Of a DNA stretch of 64,000 nt, positions 28,003 to 44,114 are shown one piece after another. The first letter of the stretch is position 1, and every line of letters starts with the position of its first letter. Source of the stretch: Eledone cirrhosa (Eukaryota). The stretch lies in NCBI GenBank assembly GCA_964016885.1, contig OZ024747.1:61690001-61754000 (forward strand), read 5' to 3'. A model generated the notes under the pieces. The model worked only from the letters and a program-made list of their open reading frames with translations. It made no database searches and was not told the origin of the DNA. Position numbers and translations under genes: made by a program.

Positions 28003-28138
28003 TTTGTTGTTGTTGTTGTGGTTGTGGTAGTGGTTTTTGTTGTGGTTGTTGTTGTGGTTGTTGTTGTTGTTGTGGTTGTGGTAGTTGTTGTTGTTGTGGT
28101 TGTGGTAGTGGTTGTTGTGGTTGTTGTTGTGGTAGTGG

Positions 28139-28184
<46 letters not shown>

Positions 28185-29516
28185 GGTTGTGGTAGTGGTT
28201 TTTGTTGTGGTTGTAGTTGTGGTAGTGGTTGTTGTTGTGGTTGTTGTTGTTGTTGTGGTTGTGGTAGTTGTTTTTGTTGTGGTAGTGGTTGTTGTTGTGG
28301 TTGTGGTAGTGGTTGTTGTGGTTGTTGTTGTGGTAGTGGTTGTTGTGGTTGTTGTTGTTGTTGTGGTTGTTGTTGTTGTTGTTGTTGTGGTAGTGGTTTT
28401 TGTTGTGGTTGTGGTTGTGGTTGTTGTTGTTGTGGTTGTTGTTGTTGTGGTTGTTGTTGTTGTGGTAGTGGTTTTTGTTGTGGTTGTGGTAGTGGTTGTT
28501 GTTGTGGTTGTTGTTGTTGTTGTTGTGGTTGTGGTTGTGGTTGTTGTTGTTGTTGTGGTTGTGGTAGTGGTTGTTGTGGTTGTTGTTGTGGTAGTGGTGG
28601 TTGTTGTGGTTGTGGTTGTTGTTGTTGTTGTGGTTGTGGTAGTGGTTTTTGTTGTGGTTGTGGTAGTGGTTGTTGTGGCTGTGGTTGTTGTTGTTGTTGT
28701 TGTTGTTGTGCTTGTGGTAGTGGTTTTTGTTGTGGTTGTGGTTGTGGTAGTGGTTGTGGTTGTGGTTTTTGTTGTGGTTGTGGTAGTGGTTGTGGTGGTT
28801 GTTGTTGTTGTTGTTGTTGTTGTTGTACTTGTGGTAGTGGTTGTGGTTGTGGTTGCTCTTATCGTTGTTGTTGTTGTTGTTGTTGTTGTGCTTGTGGTAG
28901 TGGTAGTGGTTGTTGTGGTTGGTCCTGTGGTTGCTCTTATCGTTGTTGTTGTTGTTGTTGCTATTCTTGTATCTTCAGTTGTGCTGAAACTGAATAGATG
29001 GGGATGATGATGATGGTAGCGCTAACAATGATGATAATGACAGTGGTGATGATGATGATGATGTTGATGATATTGACAGTGGTGATGATGATGATGATGA
29101 TATTAATGATGATAATGATGATAATCTGGAAGATGATAATGATAATAAGGATGACGATGATGATGATGATGATGATTACTATGATGGTGATGATGGTGAT
29201 AATAATAATAATAATGAAATTATTGTGTAAAGTGCTCAGGTGCACTACAACTCGTCAATATAGTACATAGAATAATACACAGTGATGATGACTATGATGA
29301 TGATGATGGCTATGATGACTATGATGATGACTATGATGGTGATGATGATGATGATGATGACTATGACGGTGATGATGATGATGATGATGACTATGACGGT
29401 GATGATGATGATGATGACTATGATGATGACGATGATGATGATGATGACTATGATGATGGTGATGATGATGACTATGATGATAGTACTGATGATGATGATG
29501 ACTATGATGATAGTAC

Positions 29517-29552
<36 letters not shown>

Positions 29553-29710
29553 CTATGATGATGGTGATGATGATGACTATGATGATAGTACTGATGATGA
29601 TAGTACTGATGATGATGACTATGATGATGACGACGACGATGATGATGATGATGTCTATGATGATGACGACTATGATGATGATGATGATGATGATGATGAT
29701 GGCTATGATA
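28003..29710. repeat. (GTT/GTG)n then (GAT)n trinucleotide arrays
   Basis: Direct inspection. Confidence 0.95.
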
Positions 29711-29924
29711 ATATAGAATGAAGATGGGAAGAAATAGAAAGAAAAGAAAATTTCCTAAGAACATTTCTCAGGAATTAACCCCATTTTTCCCTCCATTGAA
29801 GTCAAGTCAAGTTCCTTGCTTTAAAAAATATGTCTTTATTGTCTTTTCTTTCTCTTTATAGTATGGTAATTTCTAGAGTGAACTGCTTTCAATGTCCCCC
29901 TGGTATATATTATCTTCAGATTAT

Positions 29925-30101
29925 ATCTATATAGTCTATATGTATTATATATTTTTGTAAGCGTATGTGTGGTATAATATATATATATATATATAGAGAG
30001 AGAGATATATATAGATATATACATATAGATATATATAAATGTATATAGTATATATGTATATAGTCTATATGTATTATATATTTATGTAAGCGTATGTGTG
30101 G

Positions 30102-30145
<44 letters not shown>

Positions 30146-30426
30146 GTATATAGTATATATGTATATAGTCTATATGTATTATATATTTATGTAAGCGTGT
30201 GTGTGGTATAATATATATAGATATATATATAGATATATATATAGATATATTTAGATATATATAAATGTATATAGTATATATGTATATAGTCTATATGTAT
30301 TATATATTTATGTAAGTGTATGTGTGGTATAATATATATAGATATATATAAATATATATATAAATGTATATAGTATATCTGTATATGATCTGTATGTATT
30401 ATATATTTATGTAAGCGTGTGTGTGG

Positions 30427-30488
<62 letters not shown>

Positions 30489-30690
30489 ATATAGTATATA
30501 TGTATTAAATATGTATATCTGTATATGGTATATATATATGTGTGTGTATATAGTATATATGTATTATAAATGTAAGTAGGTATACCATATATATATATTT
30601 ATATTTATATATATATATTTATATATATAGTATATATATGTAAATATATTTATGTTATGTATGTGTGTGAATGTATATGTGTGTGGTATA
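29925..30690. repeat. AT-rich tandem repeat, unit ~120-140 bp with variable TA core
   Basis: Recurrent TAGTCTATATGTATTATATATTTATGTAAGCGTATGTGTGG. Confidence 0.8.
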
Positions 30691-31139
30691 TATTATCTGG
30701 AGATAATATATACAATATGACTTCAAACCACAATTTCTAACCCATGCTAGCTAGCGTGGAAGATGGACGTTAAACGAAGATGATGATGAATTTACTATAA
30801 ATGTTAGACACACATATAAACACACTACCACACTGCACTGACAGATAAACACACATAAACAAGCTCCATCACACACACACACATACACACACACATGAAT
30901 GCCTGTGTAGTAGAATGATGGTGTGTGAATTATTTGTTGAGAATTTGACATTTTCTTTCCTGTTACATGTACAGCAAAGGTGGTACTCCTCAACCAGCTC
31001 AGTCTACTTAGTCGTAAATAGGTACACCTTGTCAGTTTGTGCCAGACCCCCTTCTTGACTTTTATGTGAGTGTAATGATAACTTAACATATAATAAAGTC
31101 ATGAAAGAAGTAGGATTTCAAAGATTATCTCTGGGACCT

Positions 31140-31764
31140 CAGGTGTAGGCCTGGATAGAGTTGATTTATTTTTTTGAAGGTGTAAGGCTGGATAGAGTTG
31201 TTTTATTTTTTTGAAGGTGTAAGGCTGGATAGAGTTGTTTTATTTTTTTGAAGGTGTAAGGCTGGATAGAGTTGTTTTATTTTTTTGAAGGTGTAAGGCT
31301 GGATAGAGTTGTTTTATTTTTTTGAAGGTGTAAGGCTGGATAGAGTTGTTTTATTTTTTTGAAGGTGTAAGGCTGGATAGAGTTGTTTTATTCTTTTGAA
31401 GGTGTAAGGCTGGATAGAGTTGTTTTATTTTTTTGAAGGTGTAAGCCTGGATAGAGTTGATTTATTTTTTTGAAGGTGTAAGCCTGGATAGAGTTGATTT
31501 ATTTTTTTGAAGGTGTAAGGCTGGATAGAGTTGTTTATTTTTTTGAAGGTGTAAGCCTGGATAGAGTTGATTTATTTTTTTGAAGGTGTAAGCCTGGATA
31601 GAGTTGATTTATTTTTTTGAAGGTGTAAGCCTGGATAGAGTTGTTTATTTTTTTGAAGGTGTAAGCCTGGATAGAGTTGTTTTATTTTTTCAAAGGTGTA
31701 AGGCTGGATAGAGTTGTTTTATTTTTTTGAAGGTGTAAGGCTGGATAGAGTTGTTTTATTTTTC
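31140..31764. repeat. 37-bp minisatellite, ~17 copies
   Basis: GAAGGTGTAAGGCTGGATAGAGTTGTTTTATTTTTTT repeating at 31176, 31213, 31250... Confidence 0.95.
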
Positions 31765-32064
31765 ATTTTTGTGGAAAATTAGTAACCTCAGAAGACAAAG
31801 GTTTGAATCTTATAATGTAGGGCACTACATCCCATTCAGCCCGCTAACAGTTTTACCAATCCACCACCCTAAACTGATATTTTATTTGTATTGTACAAAC
31901 CCATAACTCTCAAGGGAGTCGTAAGGTGCCATATTGACATACATTGTTTCTAGGGCATTTTTAAAACCTGGTGGATTCTATCTCCTCTCCAAGTCTGAAT
32001 AAAGCAGATTTCTTCCAGAGAAGGATAGAGAATGAGAGAAAGGAAGTGAGAAATACATATAGAG

Positions 32065-32460
32065 GAGGAATCGACCCTATTATTAAACTGGTACTTGTTT
32101 TTATCAACCTGTAATAGATGAAAAGCAAGATATTATATTTATTGACTCCAAAATGATGAAAAGCAAAGTTGACTTCAGTGGGATTTGAACTCAGAGCACA
32201 TAAAACCAAAAGAAATATCAGAAGGTATTTAATCCAATGCTCTAATAATTGTTTCTGATTTAGGCACAAGGCCAGCAATTTTGGGAGGAGGGAAAAGTCA
32301 ATTAAATCGACCCCAGAGCATTACTGGTACTTTATTTTATCAACCCTTTCAGGAAAAAAGGCAAAGCTAACATGACGGGATTTGAACTAAGTACATAAAT
32401 AGCTGTAACTATATGCCACTAAGCATGTTGGCCGACGCTCCACCGAAACTGGCTGTCAAT
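32065..32460 (-). mobile_element. Two degenerate SINE family 1 copies in tandem
   Basis: CTGGTACTT..TTTTATCAACC, GGGATTTGAACT, GGCACAAGGCCAGCAATT motifs. Confidence 0.7.
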
Positions 32461-33489
32461 TTATAACATTAAAAACTATCTGTCATATACAATAATGAAG
32501 TGTTTTGACAAGGAAATAAAAACCTCAACAAAATTAAATGCTGCCATCTCTAAGTCTGTATTTTAAAGGATTTAGCTTTTGTATTTGATGGCTTTTGTAA
32601 GTGTTAAATTGTTTTCTTAACAAAGCAGTTTTATAGAAACATCATTGGTCAACATTTCTAAGTTGTTGTATGACAGCAATACAATGGATAAACTGCTACA
32701 CTTTCCTCTCTTGTAAATGACTGAGAGAATTGAATTTGACAGTAAGAATAGAAAGCACTGAGAATATCATTATAGTAGTTAATAGTGGAACCATAATTCT
32801 GCTACTGATTATTATTCTACAGACAATAGAGATGGAGATAACCAAGTCTGTAGGAACCAAATTCTATAACTTTACTTACTTTGATTACTTTTCTGTTCAG
32901 AGGTCACATGTCACCAGGGAAGCATCCGATAATTGAAAACTGTTTGGTAAAAGATAGAAATAAAAGCAATAAAAGAAGGGAAAAAAACAAACAAAACAAA
33001 ACAAAACAACAACCTAGCAATCTAACAAAGACAGCAACAACAACAATTACAGTAACAATAACGACAACAACAGCAATAATAACGACAACAACAGCAATAA
33101 TAGTGACAACAACAACAGCAACAATAATGACGGCAACAACAGCAACAACAATTACAGCAACTATAATGACAACAGCAACAATAACTACAACAACAGCAGC
33201 AACAATAACAATAACAACAGTGACAACAGCAACAGTTACAGCAAAAACATCTACAACAACAGCAACAATAACGACAACAACAACATGAACAGGAACAGTA
33301 GCAATATCCCAATGACTAAAATCAGTAAAAAGACTAAAAGAATAGAACGACATAGTGTAGCAGAAAGTGGAAATATGGTGGCATGCTTTTCTCAGCAGTG
33401 TTATTAACTTGTATGAAACAGTTTGACTTAGAAATAAAAGTAAATAATGGAATCGGTTCCAAATAGAAGAGTTATAGTAGTAGTTAAGT

Positions 33490-34100
33490 AATGGTGAATA
33501 TTATTATTGTGGATTGGCAGTATAGGTAGAGGGTCGGACGACATGTTTTCCAACATAGTTACGTCTCTTTGCGGTCTGAGTTCAAATCCTGCCGAGGTTA
33601 ACTTTGCCTTTCATCCTTACAGGATCGATAAAATAAAGTACCAGTAATGCACTGGGTAATTGATGGCCTTTTGCCAAAAGTAGAAACAATTATTATTATT
33701 ATTATTATTATTATTAAGAGCGTCAGACACCATGCTTTAAAGCATAGGAGATATGGCCCTTTACAGTCTGAGTTCAAATCCTACCAGGTTAACTTTGTCT
33801 TTCATCCTTACTGGGTCGGGTCGATAAAATAAAGTACCAGTCACGATAAAATAAAGTACCCCCGCCCCCACCAAATTGCTGGCCTTGTGCCTATACTAGA
33901 AATCATTATTGTGGATTGGCAGTATCGGTAGAGGGTCGGACGCCATGCTTTCCAGCATAGTTACGTCCCTTTACGATCTGAGTTTAAATCCCGCCGAGGT
34001 TGACTTTGCCTTTCATCCTTACGGGGTCGATAAAATAAAGTACCAGTAATGCACTGGGTAATTGATGGCCTTGTGCCTACAGTAGAAACAATTATTATTA
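33490..34100 (+). mobile_element. Head-to-tail cluster of three SINE family 1 copies
   Basis: Copies ~33508-33715, ~33716-33907, ~33908-34100. Confidence 0.88.
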
Positions 34101-34636
34101 TAACTACTACTACTACTACTACTACTACTACCACTACTATACAGTGAATGTAATGTTATTTTTGACTACATACACTTCAGTAATCATTGATATATGATGT
34201 TTTCAACATCAAAGTTAACAACACAAAGCCAGATGTGGCAATCATTTCCATTCCAAACACTGTGAATTCTAATTTGTGAATTCACTGTTGTAAATGATTG
34301 CCCTACAAGAAAACAAAAAATAATAATAACCCAACAGACTGCTAGTTTGATAACTATGTAGATAATATAAAATGTCTATAAAATAGATGTTTGTGTCTAG
34401 ACATAAGTTTAAAAGTGGAATGAATAAACAGTTAAATATAAAAAAGACAAATGGTTGAACAGATGTGTGTTGAGAAAGATCATAGATTGATATTAAAAAC
34501 AACAGTTTAAGAGTGTATTTAACAAAAACTTCTAGTTTTCATAATTAATGGAATATTGTCAGACATTGAATGTAAAATCTTAGTGAGCGGAACTTGCAGA
34601 GTTTTAGCCTATTTCCCATAAAATGAATCTTACATG

Positions 34637-35128
34637 CAGAGACATAACTAGGGTATGGCAAGCATGGCACGTGTCATGGGTGCCACTTGGACTAGGAGCA
34701 TGTTCTATTAACCTCTTCAGTGCCATAGATGAGATAACTCGTCCTAACATGTTTGAACTCTTTTCCAACAGTTCATGACTTCAAAATTAAGAAATCGTTT
34801 TCAACAGTTCATAACTTCAAAGCTAGATGGGGTTACTAGTTTATTGATGTGACGTTTGTCAATCATTCAGATATGTGTTGTTAATAAATGTTTGTTTTAA
34901 AAAATAGTCATTTTACTGAAAAAAAAAAAAAAATGGCACGGCAACTGTAGTTGTGTAAAATATACACAGCAGTCAACAGGTTAAAGTCAAATAAACCTCG
35001 TAGGAGAGTAAAAAAAGAAACTTCTTCAGGTGTATGGTCTGTCTCTATAGTGGCTGGATCATTAAACCATTTATATAAATGATTAGGCCCATTTCCCTGC
35101 TTGCCATAGGTGCAATTTTAAGCCTCTG
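34637..35128. mobile_element. hAT non-autonomous element with perfect 8-bp TSD
   Basis: CTTACATG|CAGAGACATAA ... TTAAGCCTCTG|CTTACATG; subterminal TATGGCAAGCA / TGCTTGCCATA. Confidence 0.82.
34712..34980. mobile_element. piggyBac-like MITE nested in the hAT element
   Basis: TTAA|CCTCTTCAGTGC ... GCAGTCAACAGG|TTAA. Confidence 0.65.
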
Positions 35129-35384
35129 CTTACATGTATTCATCTATTGCTTGCTATCCTTATTGCTGAGCAGTATCAAGGATCAAGACCCTGTCTTTGG
35201 CTCAGTTTACCATTTATATATTAAAAAAAAAAATACCATCTTTACATATGGCTCACTAATCTAAACAGCTTGAACATAAAATATATTAATGAGTTGTGTT
35301 TAACTGTTTCATATCATAACATTCCATCATAATTTTATACAAAGACACCATTGTTAAGTTATTCTCCAAATACCAGCTTAATTA

Positions 35385-35585
35385 AGATTGGCAGTATCAG
35401 TAGAGTTTTAGACAACATGCTTTGCAACATATAGTTATGGCCCTTAATATTCAGAGTTCAAATCCCAGCAAGGTTAGCTTTCCTTTTCATCCTTATAGGA
35501 TCAATGAAATAAAGTACCAGTAATGAGTCAGGGTTGGATTAATTGACTTTCCAACTTCCTTTCAAATTTGCTGGCCTTGTGTGAA
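35385..35585 (+). mobile_element. Degenerate SINE family 1
   Basis: GATTGGCAGTATC...GAGTTCAAATCCC...AAATAAAGTACCAG. Confidence 0.75.
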
Positions 35586-36044
35586 ATGTTATAATAAATT
35601 ATGAGAAAGTTAGTTATATTACTAAATATCTGCAGCTTCTTAGTTATTTTCAAAATTATTTCAAAACCATAGGCAATGTCTTTCATTAGAAACATGATGA
35701 TGAAAGGCTTAAACAGAATATACGCAATTTTAGATGAATGTAAAGAAGTCTTACTTCATTTACACAAGAAAAAAAAACCTCCATCAATTGCTTAACCCTT
35801 TATTTCCATACAATTTCAAATAGAAAGAAGGCAGAGATGACAATATGAATAATAATAATAATAATATGATAAATAATAAAAATAAAATGAATGAATATGG
35901 TACTTCAAAGTAAAGTATATCTTATGTAAACGAAATTTTTCAAGATTTCCATGTAGAAATTATATAAATAAGGTTTAATCTATTTAGATTCATGTAGAAT
36001 AGAATATTTTATTGAAAACTTACTTCCTATGTAAATATTTGACG

Positions 36045-37935
36045 AGTATGTGTAATGTGTGTTTGTGGTGTGTATGTGTAGTGTGTGGTGTGTGAATGTG
36101 TGTTTCTTTGTGAGTGTGTGTGTGTATGTGAATGTGTGTTTCTTTGTGAGTGTGTGTGTGTGTGTATGTGTATGTGTGCTTCTTTGTGTGAGTGTGTGTA
36201 ATTGTGTGTTTGTGTGGTGTATGTCTGTGTGTATGTGATGTGTATGTGTAATTGTGAGTGTGTGCATGTGTAATTGTGTGTTTCTTTGTGTGAGTGTGTG
36301 TGTATGTGTTTTATGAATGTGTGGTGTATGTCTATGTGTGTTTGTGAGAGTATGGTGTGTTTGTGTAACTGTGTGTTTGTGGCATATGTCTATGTATGTT
36401 GCTCTGTGTGTATGTGTATGTGTATGTGTGTGGGTATGTCAGTGGATGTGTGCATGTTTGTGTGAGTGTGTGGTGCATATGTATGCACAAACGAACGTAC
36501 ACACATACATCCACAAACACAGTCACAGAAACGAACGTTTGTGTGGCTGTGTTTGTGGATGTGTAGTTGTATGTGTGTAGATGAGTGTGTGTAGATGTGT
36601 GTGTGTGGATGTATGTATGTGTGTGAGGATGTATGTGTGTAGGTGTAGATGTGTGTGTAGATGTATATATGTGTGTAGATGTGTGTGTGTGTGGATGTAT
36701 GTGTGTAGATGTATGTGTGGATGTATGTGTGTGGATGTGTAGATGTGTGTGTGGATGTGTAGATGTATGTGTGTGTGTGTGTGGATGTGTAGATGTGTGT
36801 GTGTAGATGTATGTGTAGATGTATGTGTGTATGTGTGTGTAGATGTATGTGTGTGTGCATGGGTGTGGGGTGGTGTATGTGCATATGTGTGTGTGTGTGT
36901 ATGTGTGTGTATGTATGTATATGTGTATGTGCGTGTGTGTTTGTGTATGTGTGCTTGTGTGTGTATGTGTGTGTATGTGCGTGTGTGTTTGTGTATGTGT
37001 GCTTGTGTGTGTATGTATGTGTGGGTGTGCATGTGTGTGTGTGTGTGTAAAACAAAGTAAATATAATTCCTACCAAAGCAAAGAGGATCTTAACATTTAA
37101 TTCCTGATTTCATCAAATAATTGTTTCGACACAAGGCCAGCAATTACCCAGTGTATTACTGGTACTTTATTTTATCGATCCTGTAAGGATGAAAGGCAAA
37201 GTTAACCTCGGCTGGATTTGAACACAGAATGGCAAGGGCCGTAACTCTATGCTGGAAAGCATGGCGTCCAACCCTCTACCGATACTGCCAATCCACCCAA
37301 ATGTGACAATATATGATTTCTCTGAGAAATTAAAATAGTTTCATCATTGTCATCACCACCATCATCATTGTCATCATCCATGTAGTCATCATCGTCATCA
37401 CCATCACCACCACCACCTTCATCACCACCATCACCACCACCATCACCACCACCATCACCACCACCACCTTCATCACCACCATCACCACCACCATCACCAC
37501 CACCATCACCACCACCATGACCATCATCACCATGACCATCATCACCACCATCATCATCACCATCACCGCTACCACCATCATCACCATCACCATCACCACC
37601 ACCACCATCATCACCACCATGACCATCATCATCACCATGACCATCATCATCACCATGACCATCATCATCATCATCACCACCACCACCACCATGACCATCA
37701 CCATCATCACCACCACCACCATCACCACCACCACCACCACCATCACCATCATCACCATCATCTGTGTGATCATTATATCAACCCCAGGACTTAACTGGAG
37801 TTTTATTTTATCAACCCTGGAAGGATAAGGCAATGTTGACCCCAGCAGGATTTGAACTCAGAGTCATAACTGAAGGTAGTAGTAGTAGTAGTGGTAGTGG
37901 TGGTGGTAGTAGTGGTAGTGGTAGTAGTAGTAATA

Positions 37936-37972
<37 letters not shown>

Positions 37973-38228
37973 TAGTAGAAGTAGTGGTAGTGGTGGTGAT
38001 AGTAGTAGTGGTAGTGGTAGTAGTAGTGGTAGTGGTAGTAGTAGTAGTAGGAGTAGTGGTAGTGGTAGTAGTAGTAGTAATAGTAGTAGTAGTTGTAGTA
38101 GTAGTAGTAGTTGTAGTATTAGTAGTGGTGGTGATGATAACTTCAACAACACCAACAATAATTATAGCAACATCAATAGCAACAACGATGAAGATGATGA
38201 TGACAATATTGATGATGATGATGATGAC
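36045..38228. repeat. GT-rich, (CAC/CAT)n and (GTA)n arrays interrupted by SINEs
   Basis: Direct inspection. Confidence 0.85.
37117..37298 (-). mobile_element. SINE family 1
   Basis: High identity to 9807-9994. Confidence 0.9.
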
Positions 38229-38390
38229 AGAGTAGACAAAAGCCATTCAAGCTGTTTATATTTACTTCTGAAAAGTAAATAGTTTGGCAATATGTGAGAC
38301 GACTGATTCTTTATTTGAAATGATATATTAGAAATCTAAACAACCTACTAAAGCTATCATTTGACATATGTGTACATATATATATATATA

Positions 38391-39432
<1,042 letters not shown>

Positions 39433-40230
39433 TATATATATATATATATGGAGGCATATATATATATACACACACACACACACATACTTACATATCTGTA
39501 CAAAAAGAGGGTAAAACCCAAGGTATTCACCAGGCGTAATTCCAAACTGCCAATAAAGAGACTACAACAGGACTCCGTATACACAGTTCCCCTGACAGTT
39601 CAGTTAAGTTCTTATTTATAGAGTTTCAACTAGTCGACATTTAGTTACGCAGGGGTATGCAGGGAAAATCCCCACATCAAAAATAGATGGTGATGGTGGT
39701 GATTATGATGGTGGTGGTGGTGGTGGTGGTGATGATGATGGTGGTTGTGGTGGTGGTGGTGGTGGTGATGATGATGATGGTGATGGTGATGGTAATGGTC
39801 ATGGTAGTGGTGATGTTGATATTGCTGATGGTGATGGTGATGGTGATGATGGTGAGGATGATGATGGTGGCAATGATTATGGTGATGATGGTGATGATGA
39901 TGATGGTGGCGATGATAATGATGATAATGGTGGTGGTGGTGATGATGATGATGATTATGGTGATGGTGATGATGATGATGATGATGGTGGTGGTGATGGT
40001 GATGATGTTGATGATGATGGTGATGTATTTGTCTCTATCAGATCAGCCAGTAGCATAGAAGACTCAACCTATTTGTTGATCCAACTAGAGGTGCCAACTG
40101 CCACAAAAACATGTGACCGGGGGGTATACACAGAGACGACACTTAAAGACATTCCAGCTTGAACTGAGAAGGTGAGCCAACATAGCTTTAACCATGATAG
40201 TTAAAACAAATTAAAGAACATATCTGTATG

Positions 40231-40272
<42 letters not shown>

Positions 40273-40476
40273 GAGAGAGAGAGAGAGAGAGGGAGGGAGG
40301 AAGTGTGGGGACACAGGGAGAAAAAATCTTCTTTTGATTTGCAATTTGAACAAATTTTTTTTTATATCATAATTCAAACGTATACATGTTTGTGAGTTTA
40401 TATACATTTCAACACATGCCCTGACATACACTCACACACTTGAAGAAGAAACGAATGTTGAAATATATATATATAC

Positions 40477-40535
<59 letters not shown>

Positions 40536-40552
40536 TATATATATATATACAT

Positions 40553-40599
<47 letters not shown>

Positions 40600-40624
40600 C
40601 ACATAGATAGATATATACACACAT

Positions 40625-40683
<59 letters not shown>

Positions 40684-40732
40684 CACATATATACATATAC
40701 ATACATACATACATATATCTATCGACTGTCGA

Positions 40733-40774
<42 letters not shown>

Positions 40775-41229
40775 TACATACATACATACATACATACATC
40801 TATCGACTGTCGATATATATATATATATATACATATATATATAAAGAGCATAATGTGATTTGATCAAGTGACATTTGGCAGGGGTGAGATTCTCACTAAA
40901 ATAATTTGTGTCACATGATAAAAAAAAAAAGGCCGACATAAAAAACTCACAGAACATGAAGACATTTGAAATAAGCTACATGGTGAAAAGAAGTGAGGAA
41001 GGTGGGGTGGGGTTCTATTTACTATTTTATTTTGGTTACATTTAATATTTGATTTATGTATGTATTTCTCTCTATACTCTGGAAGAAATATTGGTAACAG
41101 AGGACATCTGAATGTTGGTAGAATATTATTACTACTACTACTGCTGCTGCTACTACTACTGCTGCTACTACTACTACTAAGAAGAAGAAGAAGAAAAAGG
41201 AAAGTTTAGCTAATAGCTTCCTTTTTCTT

Positions 41230-41325
<96 letters not shown>

Positions 41326-41411
41326 TGGATCACAAACCCAGCTACCTTTCCTTTTAGTTAAACCATACAACGTAAACGATATATATGTGTGTATATATAG
41401 GTATGTATGTG

Positions 41412-41447
<36 letters not shown>

Positions 41448-41514
41448 CATATATATATATATATATAATCATATATATCATCATCATCATCATCATCATC
41501 ATGATATATATGAT

Positions 41515-41548
<34 letters not shown>

Positions 41549-41552
41549 ATCA

Positions 41553-41589
<37 letters not shown>

Positions 41590-44114
41590 GAGGTTAGGCT
41601 TAGATGTATTGATTCAGTTATTTATACTATAAATTTGTTAATTTCATTACACCAGCTCTGTTGATCTTGTAAATGTAGTATGTGTTGTTGATTTACATAT
41701 ACTTGTCTTTGTTCTTCTCATGTACTTAATGACATATATGTATACATTTCTTCTTTTTTATATATATATATATATTTCTACTTTTCTTCTAATAGCAACT
41801 TTTTATTCTTCTTCTAGCCTTCCTTTCATTTCTATTCATTTTTTTCTTTTTTCTTCGGTCCTTTTTTGGCATTCCGAATATTTTTACATTTTTGTCCTTC
41901 TGTCTTCAATGTTGCTTTTCAACATGGCCGCTTTTTTTTATATACCTCCACAATGCCGATAATCTTAAAAATCTTTTTTTTTTTACAGATTTTCTTTTTC
42001 AAATGTTATGAATCTTTTGCCACTTCTTTCCACTGTTGTTAATGTTCAATAACTTTTTCCAGTTATATATATTTTGTAAGTCTTACTACTTAAAGGCAAG
42101 TTATATTTTATATTCTTTTTCTCAAATGTTGCTAATGTTTTATATCTTATGTGAGAAATCAATATCACTATAGAGGAATGTTAGAAATCAAGCATATATT
42201 ATTTATATTTCAGCTTAAGTTGCATGTCTTCTTTTTAGTTAAACTTTCACTGTTGCTAATGGTTTAAATTCCCTTTCAGTTTTACTAACACTACACATGT
42301 TTCAGTGAAAGTTTCACTGTAGCTGAGGTTTCAAATTCTCTTCAAATTTTACTAACACTACTTATCTTACTTATTGCTAATGATACATTGAATGTAAAAG
42401 AAAGAATAATAAATTAATTGAAACACTAACTTCATTCCATTTTCTTCTGAGCAAAAGATAGTTAAACAATAAAACAACTGTTGCTATCAAGGGAGGTAAC
42501 CATTCACTAAACTACTTATCTTATAGTTAGTTTCACTGTTGTTAATGCTTACAACTGTCATGTAATGTTGTTAACACTACCACTACACTGTTATTTATAT
42601 ATTTAAAACATATTTGTAATGTTATTTATACAACTGTGAATAAAAGGTATCTATATATAAATTTCAGTGACTTCTATCCATCCGTCACACAATGTGTGTG
42701 TGTGTGAATGTATGTGTGTGTAAAAGGAAAGAGGGGGATGGTGAAAAAGCTATAGCAAAACAGCAGCTGGGATTCCATTTGCTACGCTGTGTGTGAGTGT
42801 GTCTGTGTTTATATTTATATACTCATACATATAAATGTATTGATATGCACATACATGCACAGACATATACACATACACGTCAGCATGTTGGAAAAGATTC
42901 TACTATTAATAAACTTTAAGATTAAAGTTTCAATAATGCTAGTTTAAAAATATCATTAAATGTTGCTAAAATTACACAACTTTAACTCATGCTGCAAATG
43001 TTTAAGTTTAACATCTCTCTTAGAGAGAAAGAGAGAATGAGTGAGAGTGTATGTGTGTGTGTTACTCTCACACAGACATATACTCTCTCTCTCTCTCTCA
43101 CTCTTTCTCTCTCTCTTTCTTTCTTGCCTTCTCTTTCATTTGCTCTCTTTTCTGATATTACAGGATTTTATTCAAATTTTCTTTTTTTTTTGCTCTTTTT
43201 CTCAGTGTTGCTAATGTTCAACAAATGTTTCTTTTATTTTCTAATGTTGCTAACACTACTCAATATCCAGTTCTTGTGTTCATTTGTTGCTAATGTCACA
43301 GTTTTTACACTTTACTAGCATTGTTCCTCGATGTTGTGAGAATATTACATAATTTTTAGAGCCACCACCATCTTGAATACAACTATAGAGTATAGCAATG
43401 AAGACTGCCATTTTGTATATTGTATTTCCTTGTCTTGTCTGGTTTTTATGATTAAACACAGCAGGGTAACTGCAGCAGAAACAATGACCAGATGGAATCA
43501 GTCAGAATCTTTTTGATTCACTTGTGAAGTTTGATCTAGTTTGGCAACTACTGCTACAGTTATATATGTGTGTATGTATGTGTATTTTAGAGATATTGTG
43601 TGTTCTGAAGACTGCTGGTGTTTGTAGATAGCCAGACATATAACATGGGAGACTATGTCAGTTGAAGCAGACATCAGCTATATATTGTGTTCATCACATG
43701 TCTAGAATAATAACCATTATCTCAAAATGTTGTTCATATTTATATGTGCTATAGAAAATAGGTTGGCAGAAAATGGAGGTCATTAGATTGAATGTCTTAA
43801 AGTAGTTAATAATATTATCTTTTTACATTCTCAGTTGAACTTTGCCTTCTATATTTCTGATATCTGAGGAAAGAAGAAACAGTATATCTATTAAAGATTC
43901 AGTCATTTCACTGTTATATGTCTCTATCCTGTAGATAGACAGCCTCATGGCAATAGTATAGATCAGAGATTACATCTACCTGGAAGATTGGGAGTTGGAA
44001 GATGTTAAACTACTTTACAGTATTTAGTTTTACTTTATCATAAATATTTCACACAATATTTTAACTAAATGTTTAACTCTTTCGTTACTGTATTTATAAT
44101 GAAAGACACCTCCT

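Noticed and set aside
30975-31065. Exon-like segment with AG and GTGAGT boundaries
   Set aside because: Stops in all three frames; no support as coding
31140-31764. 37-bp repeat array resembling CRISPR in unit size
   Set aside because: Head-to-tail with no unique spacers, no cas genes, eukaryotic context
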